A stretch of 64,000 nucleotides of DNA from Octopus sinensis (taxonomy: Eukaryota). The notes beneath the pieces are model-generated. The model was not told where the DNA came from. It made no database searches and was given only the letters and a program-made list of their open reading frames with translations. A program made the translations under genes and the position numbers. The stretch covers positions 24,862,001 to 24,926,000 of the forward strand of contig NC_043007.1 in assembly GCF_006345805.1 (NCBI RefSeq), in the 5' to 3' direction. Positions 38,076 to 51,824 of the stretch are shown in pieces (within the stretch, counting starts at the first letter, position 1; each line of letters begins with the position of its first letter).

Positions 38076-38860
38076 CTGGAAGAAAAAGACAAGTTAAAAC
38101 GAAGAAAAAAATATCAAAACCAAAAAATATCAGTAAGGTTATAACTTATTCAAATATTAAGGTCATCTTTTAGGATAAAAGACATTGTTTAAATATTTAC
38201 ACTTACAAAAGGCATAGGCATCAGCCAAGTGGCTTCAGGTTCAGTCCTGCTAGTGTGTGGTAACTTGTGAAAGTGTCTTCCATTACAGTCTAGACAGACC
38301 AGCACCTTGTCAGTGCATTTGGAAATTTGTTACATATATATACATACACACACACACACACATATATAGATATATATACGGAGTGGTTGGCGTTAGGAAG
38401 GGCATCCAGCTGTAGAAACATTGCCAGATAAGACCGGAGCCTGGTGCAGCCTTCTGGCTTCCCAGATCCCCGGTCGAACCGTCCAACCCATGCTAGCATG
38501 GAGAACGGACGTTAAACGATGATGATGATGATGATGATGTATATACTTGTTGTAGTTTAATTTTAAAGTTAGTGTTTAATCCTGTCTATATTTAGATTGG
38601 ATACTGTTGTACATAGGGTAAATATGTTTGAAAGTTGTGTTTTTTTGGGTATGTTTGTTCCCAAACAACACTTATTTAGTGCTGTTGACACCGCTGGATT
38701 GAATGGTACTGCCCTGGCAGGTGTCGAAACCATAATGATATCCGAGGGGCAGCTGATGATGGAGATATATTGGATTGTTGGTATGGATGTTTTTGTATAC
38801 GTGGAATAGTGTTATAACACATCCTTTTCATATATATATATATATATATATACATGCATA

Positions 38861-39272
38861 GGCGCAGGAGTGGCTGTGTGGTAAGTAGCTTGCTAACCAA
38901 CCACATGGTTCCGGGTTCAGTCCCACTGCGTGGCATCTTGGGCAAGTGTCTTCTGCTATAGCCCCGGGCCGACCAATGCCTTGTGAGTGGATTTGGTAGA
39001 CGGAAACTGAAAGAAGCCTGTCGTATATATGTATATATATATATATATATATGTATGTGGGTGTGTGTTTGTGTGTCTGTGTTTGTCCCCCTAGCGTTGC
39101 TTGACAACCGATGCTGGTGTGTTTACGTCCACGTCACTTAGCGGTTCGGCAAAAGAGACCGATAGAATAAGTACTGGGCTTACAAAGAATAAGTCCCGGG
39201 GTCGATTTGCTCGACTAGAGGCAGTGCTCCAGCATGGCCGCAGTCAAATGACTGACACGAGTAAAAAGAGAG
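38861..39272 (+). mobile_element. tRNA-derived SINE-A, young full-length copy
   Basis: A-box-like TGGCTGTGTGG, B-box GGTTCAGTCCC, CORE/MIR-like cttgggcaagt, central microsatellite, 3' body ending gtaaaaagag. Near-identical copies at 37401-37810 (+) and 59086-59460 (-). Older copies at about 1-52, 5924-6335, 7535-7690, 10880-11250, 12800-12970, 25800-26180, 26230-26890, 29715-30068, 31000-31380, 32655-32810, 35765-36180, 44150-44530, 53120-53270. Confidence 0.9.
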
Positions 39273-41499
39273 ACATATATAGGTGTGGCTGTGTGGTAAG
39301 AAGCTTGCTTCCCAACCACATGGTTCAGGGTTCAGCTGAGTGGGGTATACTATTGGTTTCAAATTTTGGCACAAGGCCAGTCATTTCAAGGAAGGGATCA
39401 AGTCGGTTTCATTGACTCCAATATGCAACTGCTACTTATCTTATTGACCCCAAAAGGATGAAAGGCAAAGTCGACCACGGCAGAATTTGAACTCAGAACG
39501 TAAAGATGAACAGGCTGCCGTTAAGCATTTTGTCCACTGTGCTAATAATTCTGGCATCTCACTGCCTTCAAGTGAGATGTAATATTGGTTTCAAATATTG
39601 GCACAAGGCCAGCAATTTCTGGGGAGGGGTTAAATTGATAATACAGACCCCAGTGCTTACTGGTACTTATTTTATCGATCTTGAAAGGATGAAAGGTAAA
39701 GTTGGCCTCAGCGGAATTTGAACTCAGAATCTAAAGACAGACAAAATTACACTAAGCAGTTTTCCCTCTAAGCTAACATTTCTTATTTCTTTGCTGCCCA
39801 CAAGGTGCTACACACAGAAGAGACAAACAAGGGCAGACAAATGGATTAAGTCGATTATATCGACCCCAGTGCATAACTGGTACTTATTTAATCAACCCCG
39901 AAAGGATGAAAGGCAAAGTCAACCTCAGCGGAATTTGAACTCAGAACATAGTGGCAGATGAAATACTGTTAAGCATTTCGCCCAGTGTGCTAACATTTCT
40001 GCCAGCTTGCCACCTTATAGTGGGATATAATATTGAAGGATAAAAAAGTAGGTGTTTTACTGAAGGGGTGATTATATGGCTGGCCCATTTTCTTTCAAAC
40101 AAAGTGCCATACAGTAGTTGTGAATTAAACCTGTGACCCAAGTTTAATGACACTGCTTATGCAGTTTGAAATAACACCTTCCCAGTTTGAGTCATACCAA
40201 CTCATAAGGGCCAGTTTCCTAGTTTCTGTGGCATATACATTCCCCACCTTGATAAGACACTGGTCTGTTGCAGGATTACTCATTTTTACCAGCTGAGTGG
40301 ACTGGAGTAATATGAAATGAAGTGTTTTGCTCAAGGACACAATGCATCACCCAGTCCAGGAATCGAAACCACTATCTAACAACCTAACCACTAAGCCACT
40401 CACCTCTACAATTTTAATCACACAGCCATATATATTTATTCTTGATCCAATGCCAGCGCCACCTTGACTGGCTTCTGTGCCGGTGGCACATAAAAAGCAC
40501 CAACCGATCGTGGCCGCTGCCTGCCTCCCCTGGCACCTGTGCCGGAGTCACGTAAAAACCACCCACTACACTCACAGAGTGGTTGGCGTTAGGAAGAGCA
40601 TCCAGCTGTAGAAACACTGCCAGATCAGACTGGAGCCTGGTGTAGCCTTCTGGCTTCCCAGACCCCGGTCGAACCATCCAATCTGTGCTAGCACGGAAAA
40701 CGGACACTAAACGATGATGATGATGATGATGATGATGATGAAGAGATCTACTCTACTGTCTAATTCCAAAATAGCAGACCGGTAAATCAATTCCATTGTC
40801 TTTATAGAGTTAATCTCTTCCAGAGAATTTCAGTAACACAAAGACAGAATTATACCAAACACTTAGAATCTACTGCTGCAATCTGTAAACGGAATTGTTT
40901 AAATTTCTATTCTGTGTTGGGTCTGTTGAACACTTATAGAATTATATTCACAGATGTTTTTCTCGAAGACTTAAAGAATAGCATAAATCTTCTGTGAGGG
41001 CATGGAACTTATTTGTTATTATGACAAATAATGTAAATGTGCTTCGGATGCTTTCAGTTAAATCAACAGACACTGAGATTTCTGTCAATTTCCAGTACAT
41101 ATCACAATGAAAATAAGGAGGAAAAAAAATGTGAGGTGGGTGGGTAGGAGGATTTAAATCTCTGTTTCACTTTTGTTTTGTTTTTTATGACATATGTCCC
41201 TTAAGGTTGCTGAGTAAGTAGTGAAGAAGAAACCGAGGAGGCAGTGGGTGTGGGGAGATGGAGAAAGATTCATTTGTCATCAAGGAAATAAAGAATCATT
41301 AATCACAAAGCTGTGAATTTCTCAAATTATTTAAATATCTATATCTCCAAGGAGAGTGAGTTGTCAGAAGATGGTGGAGGTAGATTAATGTGCAAAGTGC
41401 CTTCACAGGTACTTTTTTATTGATATATCTTACTGTTCTGATTTCAAAACCTACTGGAGTAAGACTTTGGAGTCTCTTTCCTGAGATAAAGGATTTTAA

Positions 41500-41570
<71 letters not shown>

Positions 41571-41587
41571 TATACATACATACATAC

Positions 41588-41620
<33 letters not shown>

Positions 41621-41697
41621 TGTATGTTGTATGTATGTATGATGTATGTATGTATGTATGTATGTATGTATATATATATGCATATATACATGTGTAT

Positions 41698-41728
<31 letters not shown>

Positions 41729-42032
41729 TTATATAGTACATTATACGTTCTTAATGCCAACAATTAATCAAGCAATTAGTAAGTTAACTGGCTGAATGTT
41801 AATGAATTGGATAACAACAACAACAACAGCAACAACAATAATAATAATAATAATAATCAAAGAAGCAGAATAAAACCAGTGCTTGTGTCTATTAGTGACC
41901 AAACGACCCACCCAAAATGCAACAAAATTTGTTCTAAAACGCAAACCAAATACAAAATAGAATATTTATTTCTGGAAATGAAAAATTTGTTTTGATTCTA
42001 AGAAATCTTTAGATATTAGATGATATACTAAC

Positions 42033-42178
42033 ATGTTTTGCTCTATAGAAAGATTCAAAAGATATGTGTAACGAACTGTATCGACCGTCGGAACTAAGAT
42101 ATTTCTGATGTCTTTTTCTGTTGATTCAAAACCTTTAATGAACTCGGTCCATGGCTTCCACTGACCGCGCAGTTTGAA
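42033..42178 (-). CDS. DNAH12: Dynein exon E (146 nt): FKLRGQWKPWTEFIKG...ILVPTVDTVRYTYLLNLSIEQN
   Basis: tttttgtag|TTC ... AT|gttagt; W..W and IxVPTxDTxRY motifs; ends phase 2. Not in the ORF track. Confidence 0.95.
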
Positions 42179-45100
42179 CTACAAAAAGAAGGGGAAAAAG
42201 AGGAAAAGACATCAAAGCGTAATAGTAACGAGAAAACTAGGAGTCATTGAGTCATTTAATTTCTTCAAACGCAACAAAGCCGAGATCTAAGTACAAGCTG
42301 GAAGTAAAAGACTGTTATTAATAACTAATTTTCAGATTGCACTTGTTTGGCAAGTGATTGGATCAACATTATATATATATATATACATACATATATATGC
42401 ATATATGCATATATATATAGATATATATATATATATATATACATACATATACATATATATGTATGTACGTATAGATATATACATATATTTTTCTTCTTTT
42501 TTTTTACTTACTTCAGTCATATGACTGTGGCCATGCTGGAGCACCACCTTTAGTCGAACGAAGATACTAATAATCTGATGTTAGAACTCAATATATATAT
42601 CTATGCTTCAAGGCGGCGAGCTGGCAGAAACGTTAGCATGCTGGGCGAAATTCTTAGTGGTATGTCTTTATGTTCTGAGTTCAAATTCCACCAAAGTCAA
42701 CTTTCTCTTTCATCCTTTCAGGGTCGATAAATTAAGTACCAGTTGCGTACTGGGGTCAATCTAATCGACTGGCCCCATCCCCAAAATTTCAGGCCTTGTG
42801 CCTAGACTGGAAAAGTGCATATGCTTCAAAAAAAAAGAATCACCAGCCCAGTACAGAGGTGTAATGAGAAAGTAGATGATGAGGGAATAAGAAATGTAAT
42901 GAACTTCATAAGCTTACAGCTGTTTCTGCTACAAGTTGCAATGCACTCATTCAGTTGCGTGCATTTTCATGTGTGTATGTGTATCTGTATGTGTTTGGGT
43001 GTGTGTGTGTACATAAAAAGCATCTAGTCCACACTGTGAAGTGGTTGGCATTCGGAAGGGCATCCAGCTGTAACAACCATGTCAAAACTGACCTCGCCTG
43101 TGCTGGTGCTGTGTAAAAAGCACTCAGTCCTCTCTATGGGGTGGCTGGTGTTAGGAAGGGCATCCAGCCATAAAAACTGTGCCAAAACAGACACAGTGGC
43201 CTGGTGTAGTCTTCTACCTGGCCGGCTTCTGTCAAACTGTCCAACCCATGCCAGCATGGAAGACAGACGTTAAATGATGATGTATACATGTAAGTATATG
43301 CAAGGGAAAATGGAATCGAAAATTCAGGTGAATTACTTTGAAAGCACTCTGTACGAATCAAATTTGGCTAACTAAATTGAATTGTCCAGTCAAAACCAAT
43401 ATAATCCACAAACGCCATTAAATTACTTTCGCTGCATACTCAATTTGTCAATCGGAAATTCAAGCAACAAATAAATTTATTATAAAGTCAGAATACAGTA
43501 GAAAATCCCCCGAAGAATGAAGAATTATGCATTCTTTAATCAGCTTATGCATGTTTTGGGTAGATTGGCAAATTCCAAACCTCTGCAAAGCAGTTATCAT
43601 GCATTTTAAATGATCTCATATTTTATTTGATCAACTAAGATGAGAAAAAAAGAGAAATTTTACATAATCCTATCCTTATCAAAGCTATACAACACTGCTT
43701 TGGAATTGAGAATATATTAAGAGATTATCTCACACTGAGGACGGGCAACAACCCAGAAACCATGGTCTGTGAGTATCATGTAAGGCTGGAAATGTGAGCA
43801 ATGACCTCCCTTACATACACTATCCGGACACAAACTGTGTGCCGATAGCCAACAGGGGAAAGATGTTTTCCTGGGGCTTAAACAACAGTAACATTGTCCT
43901 TTATAGGACTGCCACATTCTGATTCTGTTGGCAAATAAACTTTACTAGATAGTAATAAAACTCACAATATTTGACTATTAGAAGGGGTAGAAAGGTATTT
44001 CAATAGAGATGCTTAGGTATAGTATTCATCAGATCATGACAGAATTGTAATATCATAACTTAGTTTCTTCGGTCCTACCTGTCAACTTGAAAAATCTTTA
44101 TGGCAAAATTTCTGCCCCATTTAAACTAATATTGACCGATTAAAATATAGACATAGGAATGGCTGTGTGGTAAGTAGCTTGCTTACCAACCACATGGTTC
44201 TGGGTTCAGCCCCACTGCATGGCAAGTGTCTTCTACAATAGCCTTGGGCCAACCAAAGCCTTGAGTGGATTTGGTAGATGGAAACTGAAAGAAGCCCGTT
44301 GTATATGTGTTTATATATATATGTGTGTGTGTGTGTCTGTGTTGTTCCCCCAACATTGCTTGACAACCGATGCTGGTGTGTTTACGTCCCCATAACTTAG
44401 CAGTTCGGCAAAAGGGACCAATAGAACAAGTACTAAGCTTACAAAAAATAAGTCCTGGGGTCAATTTGCTCGACTAAAGGCGGTGCTCCAGCATGGCCAC
44501 AGTCAAAATGACTGAAACAAGTTAAAGAGTATACAGAGGAGGTATCTAGAACCATGCTATTCAGTATGACTTATTTTACACCATTTGATATCGTATAGTT
44601 TATAAGCAATGCATGACCACATTATGGCAGAAAACAAAATTGCAATTTATGTCTGATGGAGACACTGTATCATCATCATCATCATCATCATTCCTATTAT
44701 TATTATCTTCATCATCATCATCATCTCCATTATTATTATTGTCATCATCATCATCATCATCATCCTCATCATCACCACCACCACCATCATCATCACTGCT
44801 GCCACCACTATCATCGTCATTTAAAGTCCATATTCCATGATGGTATGGTTTGGATGTCTTGACCAGACCTTTGGCTTGGTTTCTGCAGCTGTTTGCTCTT
44901 CCTAATTCCTACCACTTTATAGAATGTACTGGGTGCTTTTTACATGGCACCATCATCAGTGCATTTTTAAGTGGCACCATCACCAGTGCTTACATCCAAA
45001 TGTCACGTATTAAATAAAAGAAATGAATTAATATTAAGATGCATAACTGGCCCTTTTAAAAGTACCCTTCAATCGTTGGGCAATATGCTGTGCTTAAGAA

Positions 45101-45250
45101 GACCTGTTGAGTCAAGTGAAATCATTGTCATGACTGATGCCAGTGCCACCGGAGTGGCACACATGCCAGTGGCATGTAAAAAGCACCATTCAAGCATGGC
45201 TGATGCCAGTGTTGGTGACATGTAGAAAGTACCATTAGAACATGGTCAAT

Positions 45251-45459
45251 ACCTATTTCTTTACAACCTACAAGGGGCCAAACACAGAGAGGACAAACAA
45301 GGACAGACAAACGGATTAAGTCGATTACATCGACCCCAGTGCGTAACTGGTACTTATTTAATCGACCTCGATTAAATTTGAACTCACAACGTAACAGCAG
45401 ACGAAATACTGCTAAACATTTTGCCCAGCGTGCTAACGTTTCTGCCAACTCGCTGCCTT
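45251..45459 (-). mobile_element. Internally deleted SINE-B nested in an RTE 3' UTR, 9-bp TSD
   Basis: TSD atggtcaat at 45242-45250 and 45460-45468; core segment lost between two tcgacc repeats. Confidence 0.8.
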
Positions 45460-46039
45460 ATGGTCAATTCCAGTACCATCTGACTGGTTCCTGGTTCCCA
45501 TGCCAGTGGCATGTAAAAAAACACCCACTATACTATCAGAGTGGTTGGTATAAGGAAAGACATCCATCTGTAGAAACCTTGCCAGATCAGATTGGAGCCT
45601 GGTGCATCCACTTGGCTTGCTAGTCCTCAGTGAAATTGTCCAACCCATGCCAGCATAGAAAGCGGACAGTAAACAATGATGATGATGGTGGTGGTGGTGG
45701 TGGTAGTGAGGATGATGATGATGATGATGGTGATGATGATTATGATTATAATGGTGATGATGGTGATGATGCACACATTTACTCAGAAGAAACTTCAAAA
45801 CCTTTCCAAATGAATGGAATATTGATCAGTGTACTGATTAAAGATAAACAAAAAAATACTCAAATTACCAATTTAATAACGACAATGTTATTTGACTAAA
45901 TTCTTCATTATTTTCCAAATTAATTAAAAACAAAGGCAGTGTATTTCAACAGAAATGCCCCAGCGGTTCATTACAACTGGCAGTGAAACATTGACACTGA
46001 GAAAGAAATTATCAAATAGGCTAAATGGATGTTACACAA

Positions 46040-46300
46040 GGATGGTACGAATGGCCTTAGGAAGTGAAATGGCAGCAACATGACAAATCAATGCCTTTAT
46101 GGAGATCTGCTGAAGGTTAGCGAGAAGATCAGGCAAAGATGGCTGTGACCCTGTGCGTCACCCTGAGCTGGAAGCATCCAAATTAATCGTGTGAAATGCA
46201 CTTCATGGTGATGTAAGAAGAGGGAAATGAGGTCACATGATGTCAATTTGATTGCAGACACTCTGGAATGTATCCGGAACCTTGAAGCAGTGATAATCTT
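46040..46300 (+). mobile_element. Degenerate LINE RT C-terminal fragment, same broad family as 12028-12510
   Basis: Broken frames give TNQCLYGDLLKVSEKIRQRWL and VRHPELEASKLIV*NALHGDVRRGK. Confidence 0.65.
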
Positions 46301-46596
46301 GGAATTAAGAAAGATTAAGTGAATCAATGGGGAATAGGGGTTGAGGGAAAAGAGCTAAAGAGAGAAAGAAAGACAGAAACAAAGGAACAAAGAGGGAGAG
46401 CAAGGGAGAGAAAGACAGAGAGAGAGATGGGAGGGAGGGAATTGGAGAAAGAGAGGGAGAAAGAAAACATGAGAAATAGAATGTCAGAGCGTGAGGTAGA
46501 AATAACTTATATGGCTGAAAGGAAATTGGAAAAATTTGGACATAACTACTCAATAACTGAAAATTTACAACTAGAAAGGTACACACATATGGGGGA

Positions 46597-47060
46597 ATTA
46601 CTTCCTGGAAATTTCAAGGGGGACTAATTGCTTCCTGGAAAGTTCCGAGGAAGAATTACTTCCTGGAAAGTTCTGAGGAGGGGACGAATTACATCCTAGA
46701 AAGTTCCGAGGAGGGCGGGCAACTTCCTGGAAAGTTCCGAGGACGAATTAGTTCCCAGAAAGTTCCAAGGATGGGGGAAACTTCAGTTCCGAGGACAAAT
46801 TTCTTTCTGGAAAGTTCCGAGGATGTGGAGAACTTCCTGGAAAGTTCCGAGGATGAATTTCTTCTTGGAAAGTTCCGAGGTTGAATTATTTCCTGGAATG
46901 TTCAAAGGATGGATTAGTTACTGGGAAGTTTCAAGGTGGTGAGGATTACTTTCTGGAAATATCTGAGAACGGTTATACTTCCTGGAAAGTACCCAATAGG
47001 GGGAGCAACTCCTGGAAAGTTCTGAGGAGGCATTACTTCCTGGAGGAGGAATTACTTTTA
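46597..47060. repeat. About 29-bp minisatellite, about 16 copies, core acttcctggaaagttccgagg
   Basis: Directly visible periodicity. Confidence 0.9.
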
Positions 47061-47447
47061 GGAGGGGTGATAGGTGGACTTTGTTGCTGTAGCTTGTGCT
47101 GTAACCTGGTCATAGTAAAAATAATAATATCTACTAAAGCATAAGGCCTGAAAGTTTGTGGGAATGGACTAATCAATTACAGTGACCACCACTGTTCAAC
47201 AGGCGCTAAATTTATTGACCCCAAAATGATGAAAGGCAAAGTCGACCTTTGTGGAATTTGAACTCGAAATGTAAAGACGGATGGAAATGCCACTAAGCAT
47301 TTTCCTGGCATGCTAACGATTCTGCCAGCTCACCACCTTATATAATAATAAGAATAACAATAAGAAGAAGAATAAATGTCTTGCAAAAAGCAGCCTTATT
47401 GGACACAGCGCATATATAAAGGAAAGTATTATCTGTCTGAGATACTT

Positions 47448-47680
47448 ATTTATTTATTACCCACAAGGGGCTAAACATAGAGGGGACAAACAAGGACAGA
47501 CATAGGTATTAAGTCGATTACATCGACCCCAGTGCGTAACTGGTACTTTATTTATCGACCCCGAAAGGATGAAAGGCAAAGTCGACCTCGGCAGAATTTG
47601 AACTCAGGACGTAACGACAGACAAAATACCGCTCAGCATTTCGCCCGGCGTGCTAACGTTTGTGCCAGCTCGCTGCCTTC
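47448..47680 (-). mobile_element. tRNA-derived SINE-B monomer with 18-bp TSD
   Basis: Head aaggcagcgagctggca, B-box gagttcaaatt, core gcctttcatcctttcggggtcgataaa; TSD tatctgtctgagatactt at 47430-47447 and 47686-47703. Dozens of full and partial copies occur across the window. Confidence 0.92.
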
Positions 47681-47853
47681 AAAAGTATCTGTCTGAGATA
47701 CTTGTGATTTGACAGATGACTAAAGACTCCGGTGCATTTTTACCTACACTGTGTTACGAAGGAATAATAATAATAATAATGGCCACAGCCTTTGGGTTGA
47801 AATGCATAAAAGAATGAAAGAATAACAAACGAGTGGTAGCAAAGTTGACTAAC

Positions 47854-48042
47854 CTCAAACCAATAGTCATAGATACTAGATCCCTCGGGTATTGGTATAT
47901 CTATTTTACCAATTGCCTTTGGAATTGGGTGGGACTCATTTTTGCCTGTATAGAGTTCTCGGAAGAATAAATCGAAACTGAGTCTTCCATCCACGTCAAT
48001 GACGGCACCAATTGACCAAGGTATCGAAAACATAATGGCTGA
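47854..48042 (-). CDS. DNAH12: Dynein exon D (189 nt): SAIMFSIPWSIGAVIDVDGRLSFDLFFREL...IYDYWFE
   Basis: ttttcag|TCA ... GAG|gttagt; F..IWSxG..D..R..FD..YD pattern of the AAA2-AAA3 linker. Confidence 0.95.
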
Positions 48043-48179
48043 CTGAAAATAAAATTTTTTAAAAAATAAACAAATGAAATTAAATAAAAACATGAATGAT
48101 GCTGTGCTGTAAATCATTCATTTTGATAACATACTAATTAATATATCATTAGCTAATGGAGCGTTATTATAGTCTAGAC

Positions 48180-48430
48180 CAGTTGTTCTCAACAGGGCTC
48201 CACATGACTTTAGGGGGATTCATAAAATATTTAGTTGTTAATAAATTTATGTGCTACAAATTGGTTATACTTCCAAATGAAAAAAATATTTTAACAATTT
48301 TTTAATACAATTTCTAATATTTGATAACATAATTATAATTATGATATAAAAAATGTAACGGCACTTTTTTAAATATCGTATGGCTATGAGGGCCCAGTAG
48401 AGCAAAATATGAATTAAAGGGGTCCATGTA
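48180..48430. mobile_element. Probable truncated hAT-type MITE
   Basis: Left end cagttgttctcaac with ggggtccat subterminal motif; right end replaced by an RTE tail. Confidence 0.35.
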
Positions 48431-49426
48431 AAAAACACTGGTGTTGGTGCCACATGAAAAGCACCAGTGTTGGCGCTACATGAAAAGCACCCGTGCTGGT
48501 GCTTGTGCCATGTAAAAAACACTGGTGTTGGTGCCACATGAACAGCACTGCTGCTGGTGCCAGTACACACTGCGCCTAGTACACTCTGTAAAGTGGTTCA
48601 AGTGATTGAGACTGTGGAAAGCAAGCCAAAACAGACTGTGGAACCTGATGTGGCCCCTGGACTTACCAGCCCCTGTCAAACTGTTCAATCCATGCCATCA
48701 TGGAAAACAGTCATTAAATTATGATGATGATAATGGTGGTGGTGGTGGTAGTGATGATGATGATGAAGTACAAGTTGTTGTTAACACTCACAGTCAAAGG
48801 TTCTATGCCATATGAGAGAGAGTGTGGTAACAAAATTCAAAGAAAAATTCCTGGTTATAAAGATTCCTTTTTTTGTTGAAAAGATAAGCTTACTTATGAG
48901 GATGTATGCTGTTGAATCAATATTAAAATAGAGAGTTTGTTCTTGCTTTCTGAGTTTGGTCAACCATGGCAGTAAAAGAGTCAAAGAGAAAGAATAAGAG
49001 GGACTGTGTGTGTCTGCAAGTTAGACACAGGTTATGGAAATAAACACAGACTAACGCAGCCAGCAGCTCTCTGTGTCTAAATCCCACAAAACATTTCTCT
49101 TGTGTGTATCTGTAGGCTCCCAAGATGAATTACTGTACAACATTTCTGATTAACCAATTTTCAGCCAAACTTAGGCAATGCAAAGTACTGAGTTGAAATT
49201 ATTGGACAGATCCTTAGTCTGGCACAAATTTATAGAAGAAATTAATTTCTCCACTAAAGTTGCTGTTTTATTGTTGATAAGTATGTAGACAAGCAGATTT
49301 GGCTTTATTTAATGAGGGAAATAAACCATGAGAGGTTAGTGATGCAAAAATTTCTATGACAGTATCAATTTCACCAATCTCAGAGGTCTATTCCACCAGC
49401 ACAAATGATTAAAGAAATAAAATTAC

Positions 49427-49549
49427 CTCAATGTAGCTTCTCATACGCTTGCTGTCAATATCTTCTTTAGGGGGAGATCCAAGCAGCAACATGTCGACCA
49501 GCTTCATCATAGACACAACAAGGCTGGCTTGACTGGTTGGTACGTACTC
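49427..49549 (-). CDS. DNAH12: Dynein exon C (123 nt): EYVPTSQASLVVSMMKLVDMLLLGSPPKEDIDSKRMRSYIE
   Basis: tttgtcag|GAG ... GAG|gtaatt; 41 codons, phase 0/0, fills the expected gap between B and D. Confidence 0.88.
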
Positions 49550-51235
49550 CTGACAAATGAGATTATATTTGAAGCATGTAAATACTCAGATTACTATATT
49601 TGCTAGCATATAAGATGCCCATTTTCCCCCAAAAGATATCTCAAAAAATTTTCCCCAGATCTTATATGAGAAGTTGGGCTTCCTATAATTTAATTTTGTT
49701 CCTGATGTGCACTAATAGGAGATAATTTTAATCCAGATGGTCTCTTCTACCTAGCCAGACTCCAAAATAATCCTTTCTACAAAAGACACAAGGCATGAAA
49801 TTTTGGAGGAGGAGGGGAGGGGCTAGTCGATTACATCAACCCTAGTGCAAAACTGGTGCTTATTTCTTGACCCGAAAAGGATGAAAGGCGAAGTCAACCT
49901 CAGCAGAATTTGAACTCAGAATGTCAAGGCAGATGAAATGCCACTAAGTACTTTGCCTGACATTCTAACAATTCTGCCAGCTTGCTGCCGTTAATAATTC
50001 CAAATTTTGGCACAAGGCCAGTTATTTGGAGGAAGGAGGTAAGTCGATTACATTGACTCCAATATCCAACTGGTACTTATTTTATCAACCCCAAAAGGAT
50101 GAAAGGCAAAGTTGACCTTGGCGAAATTTCAACTCAGATCATAAAGAGGGATGAAATGCCTCTAAGCGTTTTGCCTGGTGTACTAACGATTCTGCTAGCT
50201 TATCACCTTAATAATAATAATAATAATTCTTTCTACTATAGACACAAAGCCTGAAATTTGCGGGGAGGGAGTAAGTTGATCACATTGACCCCAGTACTAG
50301 ACTAGTACTTAATTTATTGACCCCCAAAGGCATAAAAGGTAAAGTTGACCTCAGCAGAATTTGAACTCAAAATGTAACAGCTGAAGAAATATTGTTAAGC
50401 ATTTCGCTCGGCATGCTAACAATTCTGCCAGCTTGTTACCTTAATAATAATAATAATAATAACAATAATGATATTTACTTAACCATTATTATTATTATTA
50501 TTATTATTTGTATTGTAAAAAGAATTATCATATCAAAGGATGGGTTGTGTTCACCAGCACCAGCTGATCTTTGCACCAAAATACATTTGTAATACCTTGT
50601 AAGATACTGCCAGTTTACTTTAAATACTGGTTTCACATTTTGACACAACGCCAGCAATTTTCAGGGAAGGGAGTAAGTCGATTACATGGTGCTCATTTTA
50701 TCAACCCCTAAAGGATGAAAGGCAAAGTCGACCTTGGCAGAATTTGAACTCAGAACGTAATGGTGAACGAAATTCCCTTAAGGCCTGCTGCCTTAGATTG
50801 CTTTAAATATTATGTTTAAATATATGTGAAGGTGCATAGCCTAGTGGTTAGGTTGTTGCACTCGCAATCACTAGATTGTGAGTTTGATTCCTAGACTAAG
50901 TAGTGCATTGCGTTCTTTAGCAAAACCCTCCATTCTACTTTGCTCCAGTCCCCCTTTCGAACAAGGGGGGAATGTTAGCCTACTCGCCTAGCCAGTGGGG
51001 TTGCATCATTTGAAGGGTAAAACAATGCAAAACACATTGTGACCAGTAATGTGTAACAGCACCTGATAGCCTGGTCAGTCACATGATCACATGATGTTTT
51101 AATAAGATGGTGAGTGGAAAGAATTATTAGCACACCAGGCAAAATGCTTAGTGGCATTTCATCTGTCATTACATTCTTAGCAGAAATTCAGCTGAGCTTG
51201 ACATTGCCTTTCATCCTTTCAAGGTTGATAATATA

Positions 51236-51824
51236 TATTTCTTTATTGCCCACAAGGGGCTAAACATAGAGGGGACAAACAAGGACAGACAAACGGATTA
51301 AGTCGATTATATCGACCCCAGTGTGAAACTGGTACTTATTTAATCAACCCTGAAAGGATGAAAGGCAAAGTCGACCTCAGTGGAATTTGAACTCAGAACG
51401 TAACCGCAGACGAAATACCTATTTCTTTACTACCCACAAGGGGCTAAACACACAGGGGCCAAACAAGGACAGACAAACGGATTAAGTCGATTATATCGAC
51501 CCCAGTGCGTAACTGGTACTTATTTAATCGACCCCGAAAGGATGAAAGGCAAAGTCGACTCTACTCAGAACGTAACCGCAGACGAAATACCTATTCTTTA
51601 CTACCCACAAGGGGCTAAACACACAGGGGCCAAACAAGGACAGACAAACGGATTAAGTCGATTATATCGACCCCAGTGCGTAACTGGTACTTATTTAATC
51701 GACCCCGAAAGGATGAAAGGCAAAGTCGACCTCAGCGGAATTTGAACTCAGAACGTAAAGACAGATGAAATACCACTGAGCATTTCGCCCGGCGTGCTAA
51801 CGATTCTGCCAGCTCGCTGCCTTG
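51236..51824 (-). mobile_element. SINE-B head-to-tail trimer nested in an older SINE-B, 17-bp TSD
   Basis: TSD tcaaggttgataatata at 51219-51235 and 51825-51841; junctions at 51419|51420 and 51591|51592. Confidence 0.92.

Noticed and set aside
38688-38765. Hammerhead-like pieces (gacacc...ggtgtc-gaaac; ctgatga); also ctgatagtcgaaagac at about 9377
   Set aside because: Core nucleotides, stem III and cleavage triplet cannot be assembled into a complete fold.
38861-38935. tRNA genes at SINE heads
   Set aside because: A- and B-box-like motifs are present, but there is no complete cloverleaf and each continues into a SINE body.
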